Source of the DNA: Gemmatimonadota bacterium
GTDB taxonomy: Bacteria; Gemmatimonadota; Gemmatimonadetes; JACCXV01; JAHWKZ01
Direction: 5' to 3'
DNA: 55,869 nucleotides
Assembly: GCA_035699465.1 (NCBI GenBank)
Contig: DASSPT010000070.1
Span: 1 to 55,869 of the forward strand
The notes beneath the pieces are model-generated. The model worked only from the letters and a program-made list of their open reading frames with translations, was not told the origin of the DNA and made no database searches. Positions 16,469 to 25,675 of this stretch are shown here, one piece after another. Position 1 is the first letter of the stretch, and every line of letters begins with the position of its first letter. The position numbers were made by a program, and so were the translations under genes.

Positions 16469-17455
16469 ATGTTCACGATCGGAACCCTCACACTCGACCG
16501 GCCCCTTCTTCTGGCGCCGATGGAGGACGTCTCGGACCAGTCGTTCCGGCTCATGTGCCGGAGGCTGGGAGCCGACGTCGTCTACACCGAGTTCATCTCT
16601 TCCGAGGGGCTGATCCGTGACGTCAGGGTCTGTCTGGAGAAGCTGCGTCTCGCGGAGGGGGAGCGGCCGGTCGGGATCCAGATCTACGGCTCCCAGGTCG
16701 ACGTGATGGTCGAGGCCGCGCGGATCGCCGCGCAGGCCGGGCCGGATCTGATCGACATCAACATCGGGTGCCCGACCAAAAGCGTCGCCTCGTGCAGCGG
16801 GGCGGGAGCCGGCCTTCTGCGGGACCCGGACAAGATGGCGGCCATCGTGGCGGGCATCGTCGAGGCCGTGGAGCTGCCGGTGACGGTGAAGACCAGGCTC
16901 GGCTGGGACCAGGACTCGATCCGGATCGTCGAGAACGCGCGGCTCTTCGAGCGTCTCGGCGCGAGGGCGCTGACGGTGCACGGGCGAACCAGGGCGCAGC
17001 AGCGGAAGGGCGAAGCGGACTGGCGCTGGATCCGCCGCGCGAAGGAGGCCGTGTCGATCCCGGTCTTCGGCAACGGAGACGTCAAGGACCCCGTGACCGC
17101 GATCCGGATGTTCGAGGAGTATGCCGTCGACGGCGTGATGATCGGCAGGGGCGCGATGGCCAACCCCTGGATCTTCCGGCAGGCCAAGGCGTACCGCGAC
17201 ACCGGCCGGGTCCCGGAGGTCGAGCCCGAGGAGAAGCTGGCGGCGTGCATCCAGCACCTGCACCTCTCGATCGAGCTCAAGGGTCTGCCGCGCGGGGTGA
17301 TCGAGTTCCGCAAGCACTACAAGGGCTACCTCAGGGAGTTGCCGCTGGCGAGCGCCGTGCGGGCGGATCTGATGCAGATGACCGAGCCCGCGCAAGTGTT
17401 CGATCGGCTCGACGCCTTCGCGTCGGAGATCGGCGTGCTGGCCGCGAGCTGCTGA
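16469..17455 (+). CDS. dus: tRNA-dihydrouridine synthase
   Basis: LAPMEDVSDQSFRLMCR, DINIGCP and HGRTRAQ motifs. ATG 16469 is chosen; the track ORF begins at TTG 16430, overlapping the glpD stop. Confidence 0.88.
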   Translation: MFTIGTLTLDRPLLLAPMEDVSDQSFRLMCRRLGADVVYTEFISSEGLIRDVRVCLEKLRLAEGERPVGIQIYGSQVDVMVEAARIAAQAGPDLIDINIGCPTKSVASCSGAGAGLLRDPDKMAAIVAGIVEAVELPVTVKTRLGWDQDSIRIVENARLFERLGARALTVHGRTRAQQRKGEADWRWIRRAKEAVSIPVFGNGDVKDPVTAIRMFEEYAVDGVMIGRGAMANPWIFRQAKAYRDTGRVPEVEPEEKLAACIQHLHLSIELKGLPRGVIEFRKHYKGYLRELPLASAVRADLMQMTEPAQVFDRLDAFASEIGVLAASC

Positions 17456-17480
17456 CCATCCACGAAAGGATCGCAATCCG

Positions 17481-18260
17481 ATGGCCCAAGGCAAACGTCC
17501 CACCGCCCCGCCTCCTTCGCCCTGGAGTCGCTGGGTGATCATCCTGGGTGTCCTCGTCGCCGTGGCGCTCGTCGCCTGGCTAGTCGCTCGCTCGTCCGGC
17601 GAGAACGGCGCGGAGGTGGACACGGCGGCGGACGCCGACGGTCCCCAGCCACTGGCCGCCGAAGGCCCGACTGTGGAAGCGGCAGCCACGCTGGAGAACG
17701 TCCCGCCGGACAGCCTCGCCTCCGCCGGGCCCGACGAGCCGAGCGGGGTCAACATCTCCAACGATCCACGGAGAGGAAGCGCGGACGCCGTGGTGACGAT
17801 CGTCGAGTTCAGCGATTTCCAGTGCCCGCACTGCAAGACGTTCCACGAGCAGATCTTCCCGGCGTTGACGAGCCTGTACGGCGACCAGGTGCGGTGGGTC
17901 TTCGTCAACCGCTTCTTTCCGGCTGGACACCCGCAGGCGGAGGAGGCGGCAATCGGCGGGGAGTGCGCCCTGCGGCAGGGGAAGTTCTGGGAGTACGCCG
18001 ACTACGTGTTCGCCAATCAGGAGCGGTTGCCGGACGGGATCGTCGCGGACGCGGCCTCCGAGATCGGTCTGGACGAAGCGAGCTACTCGCAGTGTCTCGC
18101 GAACCGGGAAACCGCCAGCGAGGTGGCCGCCGATCAGGCCGAAGGGGCCCGCGTCGGGGTCGGTGGAACCCCGTACTTCCTGGTGAACGGGAACGAGGTC
18201 CTGGGCGCGCAGCCTGTAGGAGTCTTCAACGAGGTGCTGGCGCCGTACTTCGAGCGCTAG
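17481..18260 (+). CDS. Membrane-anchored DsbA-family thiol:disulfide oxidoreductase
   Basis: 259 aa. N-terminal TM helix (WVIILGVLVAVALVAWLV), a thioredoxin-fold active site FSDFQCPHCK, and GVGGTPYFLVNG. Confidence 0.82.
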   Translation: MAQGKRPTAPPPSPWSRWVIILGVLVAVALVAWLVARSSGENGAEVDTAADADGPQPLAAEGPTVEAAATLENVPPDSLASAGPDEPSGVNISNDPRRGSADAVVTIVEFSDFQCPHCKTFHEQIFPALTSLYGDQVRWVFVNRFFPAGHPQAEEAAIGGECALRQGKFWEYADYVFANQERLPDGIVADAASEIGLDEASYSQCLANRETASEVAADQAEGARVGVGGTPYFLVNGNEVLGAQPVGVFNEVLAPYFER

Positions 18261-18284
18261 GGGCGGCAGGGAACACGCCGCCCC
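18260..18284. terminator. GC hairpin between convergent genes (possible bidirectional terminator)
   Basis: 8-bp stem GGGGCGGC (18260-18267) / GCCGCCCC (18277-18284) with a 9-nt loop. No clear U tract. Confidence 0.35.
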
Positions 18285-18330
18285 GCACGCGATCTTCGTC
18301 AACCCGCAGAGCGGTAGCTAGCCAGCGAAT

Positions 18331-18795
18331 TCAGCGACCGCCGGCGGCTGTCTCCGCTTCGTCCATATCGGTGCTCGGGCCCATGGTGTAGAAGCCGTCG
18401 CGGTGATGCGGACAATAGTCCCCCATGGCCGAGGGAGCATTCTCCCCATTCAGCGCGGTCAAGCGATCATCGGCTTCGGCGCTGGCATCCACGATCGCCT
18501 GGATCGTCGGAGCGATCGTGTAGATGCCCACGTTCCACTCGTCCGCCCACCAGTGGAAGAAGTATCCGTACGACTCGATCATCCCTTCGTCGACCAGCGC
18601 GTTCCATACCGGCAGGTCACGTTCCATCTCCTGCTCGATCGCGTCGCCGTTGTCGCCGCTCAGGTTGCACATGAAGAAGGACAGACGGAGCACGGGGGGA
18701 TCCGGCTCCTCCGCCTCCTGGGCCAGCGCCGCGCCGGGAAACGCGAGCGCCGCAAGGGCAATCAAGGCACAGAACATCGTGTGGAGTCTGGACAC
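18331..18795 (-). CDS. Secreted hypothetical protein
   Basis: GTG 18795 lies 5 nt after AGGAGG and gives MSRLHTMFCALIALAALAFPGAALAQ, a signal peptide. The alternative start is ATG 18777. I recognise no family. Confidence 0.6.
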   Translation of the reverse strand: MSRLHTMFCALIALAALAFPGAALAQEAEEPDPPVLRLSFFMCNLSGDNGDAIEQEMERDLPVWNALVDEGMIESYGYFFHWWADEWNVGIYTIAPTIQAIVDASAEADDRLTALNGENAPSAMGDYCPHHRDGFYTMGPSTDMDEAETAAGGR

Positions 18796-18883
18796 GCAGT
18801 CCTCCTGCGTTGGGGGGGTCCGGCGCAACGGCGTGACCCCGCCGCGGAACCGGTCTGGTTTCGGGAATCGGGTGAAAAGAAAC

Positions 18884-18913
18884 AGCATACCCTGACAGCA
18901 GTCGTTCTTGCAA
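18884..18913 (-). promoter_or_regulatory. Putative sigma70-type promoter for the secreted hypothetical gene
   Basis: The minus strand reads TTGCAA (18913-18908), 18-nt spacer, TATGCT (18889-18884). Confidence 0.4.
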
Positions 18914-18946
18914 GGTTCGCCCCGGGGAACACAGCTTCAGCCGATC

Positions 18947-19348
18947 TCACGGCTCCTGGAAGCCGATCAGCCGCACGGACGGCGGATCGCCGACCGGCCC
19001 GACCGCGTAGAAGCGTCGGAGCTCGCCCCCGGCGAGGAAGTCGATGATCGTGCGCGTGACGATGGGCTCCGCACCCGCCACCTCGAATCTCGTTTCGACC
19101 CCGATTGCGGCAGCCGTTCGGCCGCCCGCGTTGCGCACGTCGATCGGCACGTAGGCCGAGGACCCCTCCGTCCAACCCTCCTCGGCGACGATCTCGAACG
19201 TGATGACGGCCGGCGACCCGTCCCGGAAGGCCTCCAGCGTGAGATAGCCCACCAGCAGGGCGATGACGATCGCGCTCGCGAACGCGACGTTCCGGCTGAG
19301 ATGGGAGGGCCGCTCTCTCTTTGCTTTCTCCGGTGTGGAAGGGGTCAT
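18947..19348 (-). CDS. Single-pass membrane protein, TIGR02588-like
   Basis: 133 aa. One N-terminal TM helix (VAFASAIVIALLVGYL) followed by a beta-rich ectodomain. It lies immediately downstream of a TIGR02587-like polytopic membrane protein. The family call is from memory of that pairing. Confidence 0.5.
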   Translation of the reverse strand: MTPSTPEKAKRERPSHLSRNVAFASAIVIALLVGYLTLEAFRDGSPAVITFEIVAEEGWTEGSSAYVPIDVRNAGGRTAAAIGVETRFEVAGAEPIVTRTIIDFLAGGELRRFYAVGPVGDPPSVRLIGFQEP

Positions 19349-19364
19349 CGGGGGTCTTCCATTT

Positions 19365-20219
19365 TCATCCCGCCACCAGAACCCGGCCCGCGGATCCGCC
19401 GATCGTCGTCACGTAGCCCAGCATCACGGTAGTGGTGATCTGCGTGTAGAAGGGCGTCTCCGGGGTCAGGTGTCCGAACCCCGCCAGGAACCCGTAGGAA
19501 ACTCCGAGTGAGAGGACGTAACTGACCAGCGTTTCGGCGAACGGGTTTCCGAGGGTGCCCGTCGTGTACCCCTTCGGCCGCTCCGCGAAATCAGCCTCGA
19601 ATACGATGACGTACGACACGAGCAGCGAGAACAGGACGATCAACGGGAAATGAACGGGCTCGGCTTCCATGGCCATCAGGCGCGGCTCGTCGGTGGGCGC
19701 CACGTTGAAGGCGAAGAACACCGCGCCGACGACTGTCGCCAGGACCTTCTGCCGGTCCTGGGAGAGCCGGCCGATGCGCCGGTCCACGTTCTTGGTGTCG
19801 CCGTCTCGGGGACGGAACTGCGTCATCGCGAGCGCCGCGCCGATCGCGCAGGGAATGGCTTCCAGCGCGACCATCCGAGCGGCGGCACTCAGCGGCACCT
19901 GGCCGGGATGGATCCGTCCGACGACCACGAGGGTGACCGCGGAGATCGTGATCCCGATTCCGAAGACGATCAACGTATCGATTCCGAGATTGGTCTCGCG
20001 GCCGCGCCGGAATCCGCCGAACAGAATGGACAGGACGACGACGACGCCGGCGACCGCCAGCAACCCCAGAACCGTCGTTTCGGATACCGCCCGCCCGTAC
20101 CACCACATCTCCATCGTATAGAGCAGAGGTAGCGCGCCGAGCAAGGCTCCGGCGCAGGCGCGAAGGATGGGATCGAGGTCTCCGCTACTGTTGGTGGGAA
20201 TAGCGCGCGGGGCGGCCAT
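19365..20219 (-). CDS. Polytopic integral membrane protein, TIGR02587-like
   Basis: About 284 aa with multiple TM helices and the motif LPLLYTMEMWW. ATG 20219 is chosen; the track uses TTG 20228. Confidence 0.5.
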   Translation of the reverse strand: MAAPRAIPTNSSGDLDPILRACAGALLGALPLLYTMEMWWYGRAVSETTVLGLLAVAGVVVVLSILFGGFRRGRETNLGIDTLIVFGIGITISAVTLVVVGRIHPGQVPLSAAARMVALEAIPCAIGAALAMTQFRPRDGDTKNVDRRIGRLSQDRQKVLATVVGAVFFAFNVAPTDEPRLMAMEAEPVHFPLIVLFSLLVSYVIVFEADFAERPKGYTTGTLGNPFAETLVSYVLSLGVSYGFLAGFGHLTPETPFYTQITTTVMLGYVTTIGGSAGRVLVAG

Positions 20220-20237
20220 GCGGGTCAAGATACGCGA

Positions 20238-20266
20238 TTGACGATCCCCTCGGGGGCGTCTAATTT
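20238..20266 (+). promoter_or_regulatory. sigma70-type promoter for the tRNA pair
   Basis: TTGACG (20238-20243), 17-nt spacer, TAATTT (20261-20266). The tRNA 5' end is at 20278. Confidence 0.6.
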
Positions 20267-20277
20267 TCGCGTTCTTC

Positions 20278-20353
20278 GCCTGGGTAGCTCAGATGGTAGA
20301 GCAGGGGACTGAAAATCCCCGTGTCGGCGGTTCGATTCCGTCCCCAGGCACCA
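20278..20353 (+). tRNA. tRNA-Phe (anticodon GAA)
   Basis: Manual cloverleaf. Acceptor GCCTGGG/CCCAGGC, D arm GCTC..GAGC, anticodon stem GGGGA/TCCCC with loop CTGAAAA, T arm GGCGG-TTCGATT-CCGTC, and an encoded CCA. Confidence 0.92.
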
Positions 20354-20379
20354 CGCCTTGGCTCCGCAGGCCTCTGAGA

Positions 20380-20455
20380 GCCACCGTAGCTCAGCTGGTA
20401 GAGCAGCTCACTCGTAATGAGCAGGTCAGCGGTTCGAATCCGCTCGGTGGCTCCA
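20380..20455 (+). tRNA. tRNA-Thr (anticodon CGT)
   Basis: Manual cloverleaf. Acceptor GCCACCG/CGGTGGC, anticodon stem GCTCA/TGAGC with loop CTCGTAA, T arm AGCGG-TTCGAAT-CCGCT, and an encoded CCA. Confidence 0.92.
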
Positions 20456-20629
20456 CCGCAGCGTGCGCGCGCTTAGGCGGGGATCGTCCGGAGGAACAAG
20501 CCCACCGCTAGCCCGCGAAGGCACCGACGGCCATTATAGGGCGACCCGCGCCGTCCGCCATCGAGCAATGCAAACGCAGGAGGGCCCGCCGATGACCTCG
20601 TTGGGAGCCTGGGACAGGAGCCCGAGAGC

Positions 20630-21856
20630 ATGAGATCCGTAGCCGAAGCCCCGCTGATGAATGCGCCGGCTCATCTCGCCGAGCGGATCACCCGTCGCGA
20701 TCCGGTCGAAGCCGTCAGGCTGCTGGAATCGCAGCCCGTCGAAGTGGTTGCGGAAGCCCTGGAGCAGGTCAACCCCAGCGTTCGTTGGGGCGTGCTCAAC
20801 GCCACGCCGGACGCACGCCGCGCCGAGGTGCTCGATGCTGCGCACTCCGACCTGAGGGACCAGTGGCGCCGGAACCTGGAGTATCCCGAGAACACGATCG
20901 GGAGCCTAATGGATCCGCCACTCGGCGTCCTCCACCCCGATTCGACGATCGGCGAAGCGGTGGACGAGCTGCGCAAGCTCGTGAAGCGCCACTTCATCAC
21001 GTATGTCTACGTTACGAATCACCTCGGCCGGCTCGTGGGCGTAGTGGTGATGCGGGAGATGCTCCTCGGCGATCGGTCGCAACGGCTCGAGGAGATCATG
21101 CTGCGCGACCCGTTCTTCCTGACCCCGGACATGAAGCTCACCGACGCCATGCGCTCGGTGCTGAACCGCCATTTCCCGGTGTATCCCGTTTGCGAGCCCG
21201 ACGGCCGTCTGGTGGGACTCGTTCGCGGCCAGACCCTGTTCGAAGCCCAGGCGATCGAGATCAGCGCTCAGGCCGGTAGCATGGTCGGCGTCGAGAAGGA
21301 AGAGCGGCTATCGACTCCGTGGCCGCGGAGCTTGAAGTTCCGGCATCCGTGGCTCCAGCTGAATCTACTGACCGCGTTCGTCGCCGCGGCGGTCGTCGGC
21401 GTCTTTCAGGACACGATCGATCAGATCGTCGTGCTCGCGGTCTTCCTCCCGGTTCTCGCCGGGCAGTCGGGCAACACGGGATGCCAGGCGCTGGCAGTGA
21501 CGTTGCGCGGGATGACGCTTGGGGAGCTGCGGTCGGGCCGCGAGAGGATGCTCGTGGCCAAGGAAGCGCTGCTGGGCTTCCTGAACGGCAGCCTGGTGGG
21601 AGTGACGGCGGGAGCGGGCATGTACTTCTTCGCGCGCTCGCAAGGAAACCCGGACGCCCTGGTGCTCGGAGCGATCGTCGCCATCGCGATGACGTGCAGC
21701 TGCATAATCAGCGGCCTGTCCGGGGCGTTGATCCCGATGACCCTGAAGCGGCTCGGCGCCGACCCGGCCACCGCGTCCAGCATCTTCCTGACCACGGCCA
21801 CCGACGTGGCCAGCATGGGGATCTTCCTGGGCCTGGCGACGGCCCTGATCGGCTAG
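20630..21856 (+). CDS. mgtE: Magnesium transporter MgtE
   Basis: 408 aa with an MgtE N domain, a CBS pair and a TM domain carrying VLAGQSGNTGCQA and TTATDVASM. Confidence 0.9.
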   Translation: MRSVAEAPLMNAPAHLAERITRRDPVEAVRLLESQPVEVVAEALEQVNPSVRWGVLNATPDARRAEVLDAAHSDLRDQWRRNLEYPENTIGSLMDPPLGVLHPDSTIGEAVDELRKLVKRHFITYVYVTNHLGRLVGVVVMREMLLGDRSQRLEEIMLRDPFFLTPDMKLTDAMRSVLNRHFPVYPVCEPDGRLVGLVRGQTLFEAQAIEISAQAGSMVGVEKEERLSTPWPRSLKFRHPWLQLNLLTAFVAAAVVGVFQDTIDQIVVLAVFLPVLAGQSGNTGCQALAVTLRGMTLGELRSGRERMLVAKEALLGFLNGSLVGVTAGAGMYFFARSQGNPDALVLGAIVAIAMTCSCIISGLSGALIPMTLKRLGADPATASSIFLTTATDVASMGIFLGLATALIG

Positions 21857-21892
21857 ATCCAGCCATTGCTCGAGCGGGCGAGCGTCGCCGAC

Positions 21893-23686
21893 CTAGTGGT
21901 ATGGTGCCGCCTGCAAGCGGAAAAGCGACGCGTACTTGCCGCCTTGCAGCATGAGCTCTTCGTGCGAGCCGCTCTCCAGGATCTTCCCCTCATCGATCAC
22001 GTAGATCCGATCGGCCATCCGCACGGTCGAGAAACGATGGCTGATCAGTACCGTGGACCGCCCCTGGACGAGGTCCCGCAGCTTCTCGAACAGCTCCGCC
22101 TCGGCGAGCGCGTCCAGCGCGCTCGTCGGCTCGTCGACGACGAGGAGCTGCGCGTCGCGGAAGAAGGCCCGGGCGGTCGCCACCTTCTGCCATTGTCCGA
22201 TGCTCAGCTCCTCGCCCTCGCTGAACAGGGGACCGAGCACGGTGTCGTAGCCGTAGCGCATCTCGCGCAGGAATGAATCCGCGCCCGAGGTACCGGCCGC
22301 GTCCACGACGCCATCGCCTTCCCGCGGCAGGCGGACGTCCCCGAACCAGATGTTGTCGCGCGCGGGCAGGAAGAAGTGCACGAAGTCCTGGAAGACGACC
22401 GAGATCTCTCTGCGGAGCTCGACCGGATCGAACCGCCGCAGGTCGATCCCGTCCACGGTGATCCGTCCCGCATCCGGATCGTACAGCCTGCACAGGAGCT
22501 TGACGATCGTCGTCTTTCCGGCGCCGTTCGCCCCCACCAGGGCGATGACCTCGCCCGGCCGGACCTCGAGGTCGATTCCCGCCAGCAGCGGTCGTGAGCT
22601 CCCGGGGTAATGGAAGGAAACGTCTTCGAACACGATCCCCTGGCGGATGGGATCGGGAACCGGCTCGGGGTCGGGCGGAGCGGTGATCTCGGGCTCGACC
22701 GCCATGAACTCTTCCAGCGTCGTCAGGAACAGGTTGTCCTCGTAGAGTCCGGCCAGGGCCGAGAACAGGCCTTGGGCGGCGCTCTGTCCACGCTGGACGG
22801 CGCCGAAGTACATCACCAGATCGCCGATGCTGAGATCGCCCTGGTATGTCCGCCAGGCGATGTACACGAAGGCCCCGAACACGACCACGGCGGCCACGGT
22901 CTGCGCGATCGCGTCGCCCCCTCCCCGCGTCTTCGACAGGTCGAAGCTCTCGCGGCGCAGGCGCCTAAGAAGTTCCTGATACCGGTCCGCCAGCACCTCA
23001 CCCAGTCCAAAGAGTCGCACTTCCTTGGCCGTCGGAGGCTGGAGCAGGAGATAGCTCAGGTAACCGACCTGGCGGTCGAGCTGGGACGTCCGCTTTTGCC
23101 ACTTGTAGTAGCGATCGGCATGTCGAACCCGGACCAGGACGGAGGGGAGGACCGCCAGGAACAGGAAGACCGCGAGCAGCCAGTGGATGGTCACGAGCAG
23201 ACCCACGATGCCGACGATCAACAGACCCGCCTGGGTCAGCCGCAGCATGTTGTTGAGCACCGCCGTGGGGCGGTAGGGCGCGTCGCGCTGAGCGCGATGG
23301 AGCGAGTCGTGGAATGTGGCGTCCTCGTAGTACCTCAAGTCCATTTCCACGGACTTGCGGTTCAGCGTCGTCAGCACGCGATCGGTCACGCGGTTCGAGT
23401 GGTCTTCCGCCACGAGGCCCGAGATCACGCCGAGGAGGCTCCCGAGCAGGCCGGCGCCCGCGGCGAGTCCGAGGAGCATGAGTATGTGCGAGAACGCGAT
23501 GTCCCCGCCCTGCGCGACGGCGTAGAGCGCGTCGATGACGAGCTTGGTCAGATACAGGACCGCGAGCGGGAGGAGAGCCTGGAGCAGGACGAGCAGGAAG
23601 CTGACGACGGTCAGGACCCGCGAGCCCTCCCACACCAGCCGCAGCGCGCGTGTGAGGCGCAGCGAACCCGCCAACCGCTGTCGCAT
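21893..23686 (-). CDS. ABC exporter, fused permease/ATPase (MsbA-like type I exporter)
   Basis: This is the internal ATG (MRQRLAGSLRL...) of track ORF 21893..23863. It has six-TM-type N-terminal half, Walker A GANGAGKTT, signature LSIGQWQ and Walker B LLVVDEPTS. Confidence 0.88.
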   Translation of the reverse strand: MRQRLAGSLRLTRALRLVWEGSRVLTVVSFLLVLLQALLPLAVLYLTKLVIDALYAVAQGGDIAFSHILMLLGLAAGAGLLGSLLGVISGLVAEDHSNRVTDRVLTTLNRKSVEMDLRYYEDATFHDSLHRAQRDAPYRPTAVLNNMLRLTQAGLLIVGIVGLLVTIHWLLAVFLFLAVLPSVLVRVRHADRYYKWQKRTSQLDRQVGYLSYLLLQPPTAKEVRLFGLGEVLADRYQELLRRLRRESFDLSKTRGGGDAIAQTVAAVVVFGAFVYIAWRTYQGDLSIGDLVMYFGAVQRGQSAAQGLFSALAGLYEDNLFLTTLEEFMAVEPEITAPPDPEPVPDPIRQGIVFEDVSFHYPGSSRPLLAGIDLEVRPGEVIALVGANGAGKTTIVKLLCRLYDPDAGRITVDGIDLRRFDPVELRREISVVFQDFVHFFLPARDNIWFGDVRLPREGDGVVDAAGTSGADSFLREMRYGYDTVLGPLFSEGEELSIGQWQKVATARAFFRDAQLLVVDEPTSALDALAEAELFEKLRDLVQGRSTVLISHRFSTVRMADRIYVIDEGKILESGSHEELMLQGGKYASLFRLQAAPYH

Positions 23687-23846
23687 CGTCCGTCTCACGG
23701 AAACGTTCGCCCCCCATCTGAGGAGAGGCGACACGCGACGTCCGCGACCGAATCCGGGGGCGGAGCGCGACGTGGCAGCGAGGGGCGGGAGGAGGTATCC
23801 ATGGCGGCCTCGAAGATCGCCTTCTCGGATTTCCCGCGCACGAGGT

Positions 23847-24908
23847 ATGGCCGAGTCGACCAATTCCTCCGGGCTGGATGCAGCGCAGGCGGCACGTGCC
23901 GCGGGCCTGCGCTACGTGCTCGACGACAGTCCGGGCATCGCCCGCAAGCGGCGCGGCAAGGGTTGGAGCTACTACGACCCGCGCGGCCGGCGCATCGAGG
24001 ACCCCGGGGAACGCGATCGGCTGAACCGGCTCGCGATTCCTCCCGCCTGGACCGATGTGTGGATCAGCCCGTGGCCGGATTCCCACTTGCTGGCGACCGG
24101 GCGGGACTCCGAGGGCCGTAAGCAGTATCGCTACCACCCCGACTGGCGGGCGATCCGCGACGAGGCCAAGTACGCGCGCCTGGTCCCGTTCGGACGGTCG
24201 CTGTCGCGCATCCGCGCACGCGTGGACGAGCACCTGGGTCTCGACGAGCTGCCCCGCGAGAAGGTGCTGGCCACGGTCGTGCGGCTCCTCGAGCTGTCGC
24301 TCATCCGGGTCGGCAACCCGGAATACGCGCGAGACAACGAGTCGTACGGGCTGACCACGATGCGTGACCGGCACGTGGAGATCGTCGGACCGACGATCCG
24401 CTTCGAATTCCGCGGGAAGGGCGGCAAGCTCCACGTGGTGGACGTACGGGATCGCCGGCTCGCGCGGATCGTCCGGCAGTGCCGGGACGTGCCAGGCTAC
24501 GAGCTCTTCCAGTACTACGACGAAGGGGGCGACAAGCGGGCGGTCGACTCGGGAGAGGTGAACGACTACCTGAGGGAGATCAGCGGCGAGGAGTTCACGG
24601 CCAAGGACTTCCGCACGTGGGCGGGTACCCTGCACGCCGTGGCGGCGCTGCTCGACTGCGAGCCCTGCGCGGACGATCGCGAGGGTCGGGCGCGGATCAA
24701 CGAGTGCGCCGCGATCGTGGCCGAGCGGCTGGGGAACACGCCCGCCATCTGCAAGGCGTGCTACATCCACCCGGAGGTATTCGAGCGCTACCTGGACGGC
24801 ACGCTCGTCGAGCTCGTGGAAGGTCCGGCCGCAGCGGACGGCGCCGAGCTGGATGGGCTGAGCGAGGAAGAGCTGGTGCTGCTCGCGTTCCTGGAGCGAG
24901 TCGCGTAG
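23847..24908 (+). CDS. DNA topoisomerase IB (bacterial, poxvirus-like)
   Basis: This is the internal ATG of track ORF 23535..24908, giving 353 aa. Motifs IPPAWTDVWI, GRDSEGRKQYRYH, FEFRGKGGK, FTAKDFRTWAGT and ICKACYIHP (catalytic Tyr region). Confidence 0.85.
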   Translation: MAESTNSSGLDAAQAARAAGLRYVLDDSPGIARKRRGKGWSYYDPRGRRIEDPGERDRLNRLAIPPAWTDVWISPWPDSHLLATGRDSEGRKQYRYHPDWRAIRDEAKYARLVPFGRSLSRIRARVDEHLGLDELPREKVLATVVRLLELSLIRVGNPEYARDNESYGLTTMRDRHVEIVGPTIRFEFRGKGGKLHVVDVRDRRLARIVRQCRDVPGYELFQYYDEGGDKRAVDSGEVNDYLREISGEEFTAKDFRTWAGTLHAVAALLDCEPCADDREGRARINECAAIVAERLGNTPAICKACYIHPEVFERYLDGTLVELVEGPAAADGAELDGLSEEELVLLAFLERVA

Positions 24909-24947
24909 CGCCACGCAGGCCTCGGGGCGGCCGACGGGGCCGACAGG

Positions 24948-25601
24948 TCAGCGCTTCGCTTCCAGAACCCGCTTGAGCGCCGGGCGCGCGTTCTCGACGA
25001 GGGCCTCGCCGTGGCCGGGGAGGACGCGCTCGAGGGGAAGGTCGAGGAGCGGGCCGAGCGAGAGGGCGAGGTCGCGTCCGGTCACGCCGTCCGGCAGCCA
25101 GCTGTCCGGACACATCTCTATGCCGTGCTCGCCCTGGCCGAGGAGGACGTCGCCGACGATCAGGGACCGCGAGCCGGGGTCCCAGAGCACGACCTCGTCC
25201 GGTCGCGCAGTGGCGTGGGCCACGAGCCCGCCGGGGAGCGAATCGCCCGCCCGGAAGGGGTGGGTCACCGTCGCCTCCACGTTGTCGACGCCGGTCTCCT
25301 CCACCCACAGGGTCGTGCCCGGAATGCGGGCCATGATGGCGCTGGCGCTCCGCTGGTGGTAGAAGACCGTCAGGACGATCGCCGGGGGCTCGCCGCGGGC
25401 CTCGAGCCCGCGAATCGCGGCCGTGCCCTTGGGTCCGGAGGGAAGGAGCGGATCCACGAGGACGAACCCCGCGCGGGAATCGATCACGGCGCACGCCACG
25501 TCCTGCTCCCACTCCGGATGGTACGCGACCCAGCGCCAGATGCCCGGCGCCATCCGCCGGCCGCCGATCCCGTCGAGACCCTCCCAGGCCATGGTTCCCA
25601 A
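24948..25601 (-). CDS. MBL-fold-like protein with degenerate metal-binding motif
   Basis: 217 aa. The overall pattern resembles the metallo-beta-lactamase fold (VLVDP..., LIVGDVLL, LPGHGE), but the HxHxDH motif is replaced by FYHQRS. Confidence 0.45.
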   Translation of the reverse strand: MGTMAWEGLDGIGGRRMAPGIWRWVAYHPEWEQDVACAVIDSRAGFVLVDPLLPSGPKGTAAIRGLEARGEPPAIVLTVFYHQRSASAIMARIPGTTLWVEETGVDNVEATVTHPFRAGDSLPGGLVAHATARPDEVVLWDPGSRSLIVGDVLLGQGEHGIEMCPDSWLPDGVTGRDLALSLGPLLDLPLERVLPGHGEALVENARPALKRVLEAKR

Positions 25602-25675
25602 AGTGTGCCCGCCGATGGCGCGGGGAAAGGCCGCCGCCGGGTGCGGCCTTCCGGGATCGCATAGATTCGCGCCCG

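Noticed and set aside
20456-20629. Possible M-box (Mg2+) riboswitch upstream of mgtE, or an SRP-RNA-like motif (GTCCGGAGGAACAAGCCC).
   Set aside because: I found no GUUAGGUGAGGCU-like M-box core or its other conserved blocks. The SRP-like stretch has a GGAG rather than a GNRA tetraloop and lacks the symmetric-loop partners. It is most likely just the tRNA 3' flank plus the mgtE leader.
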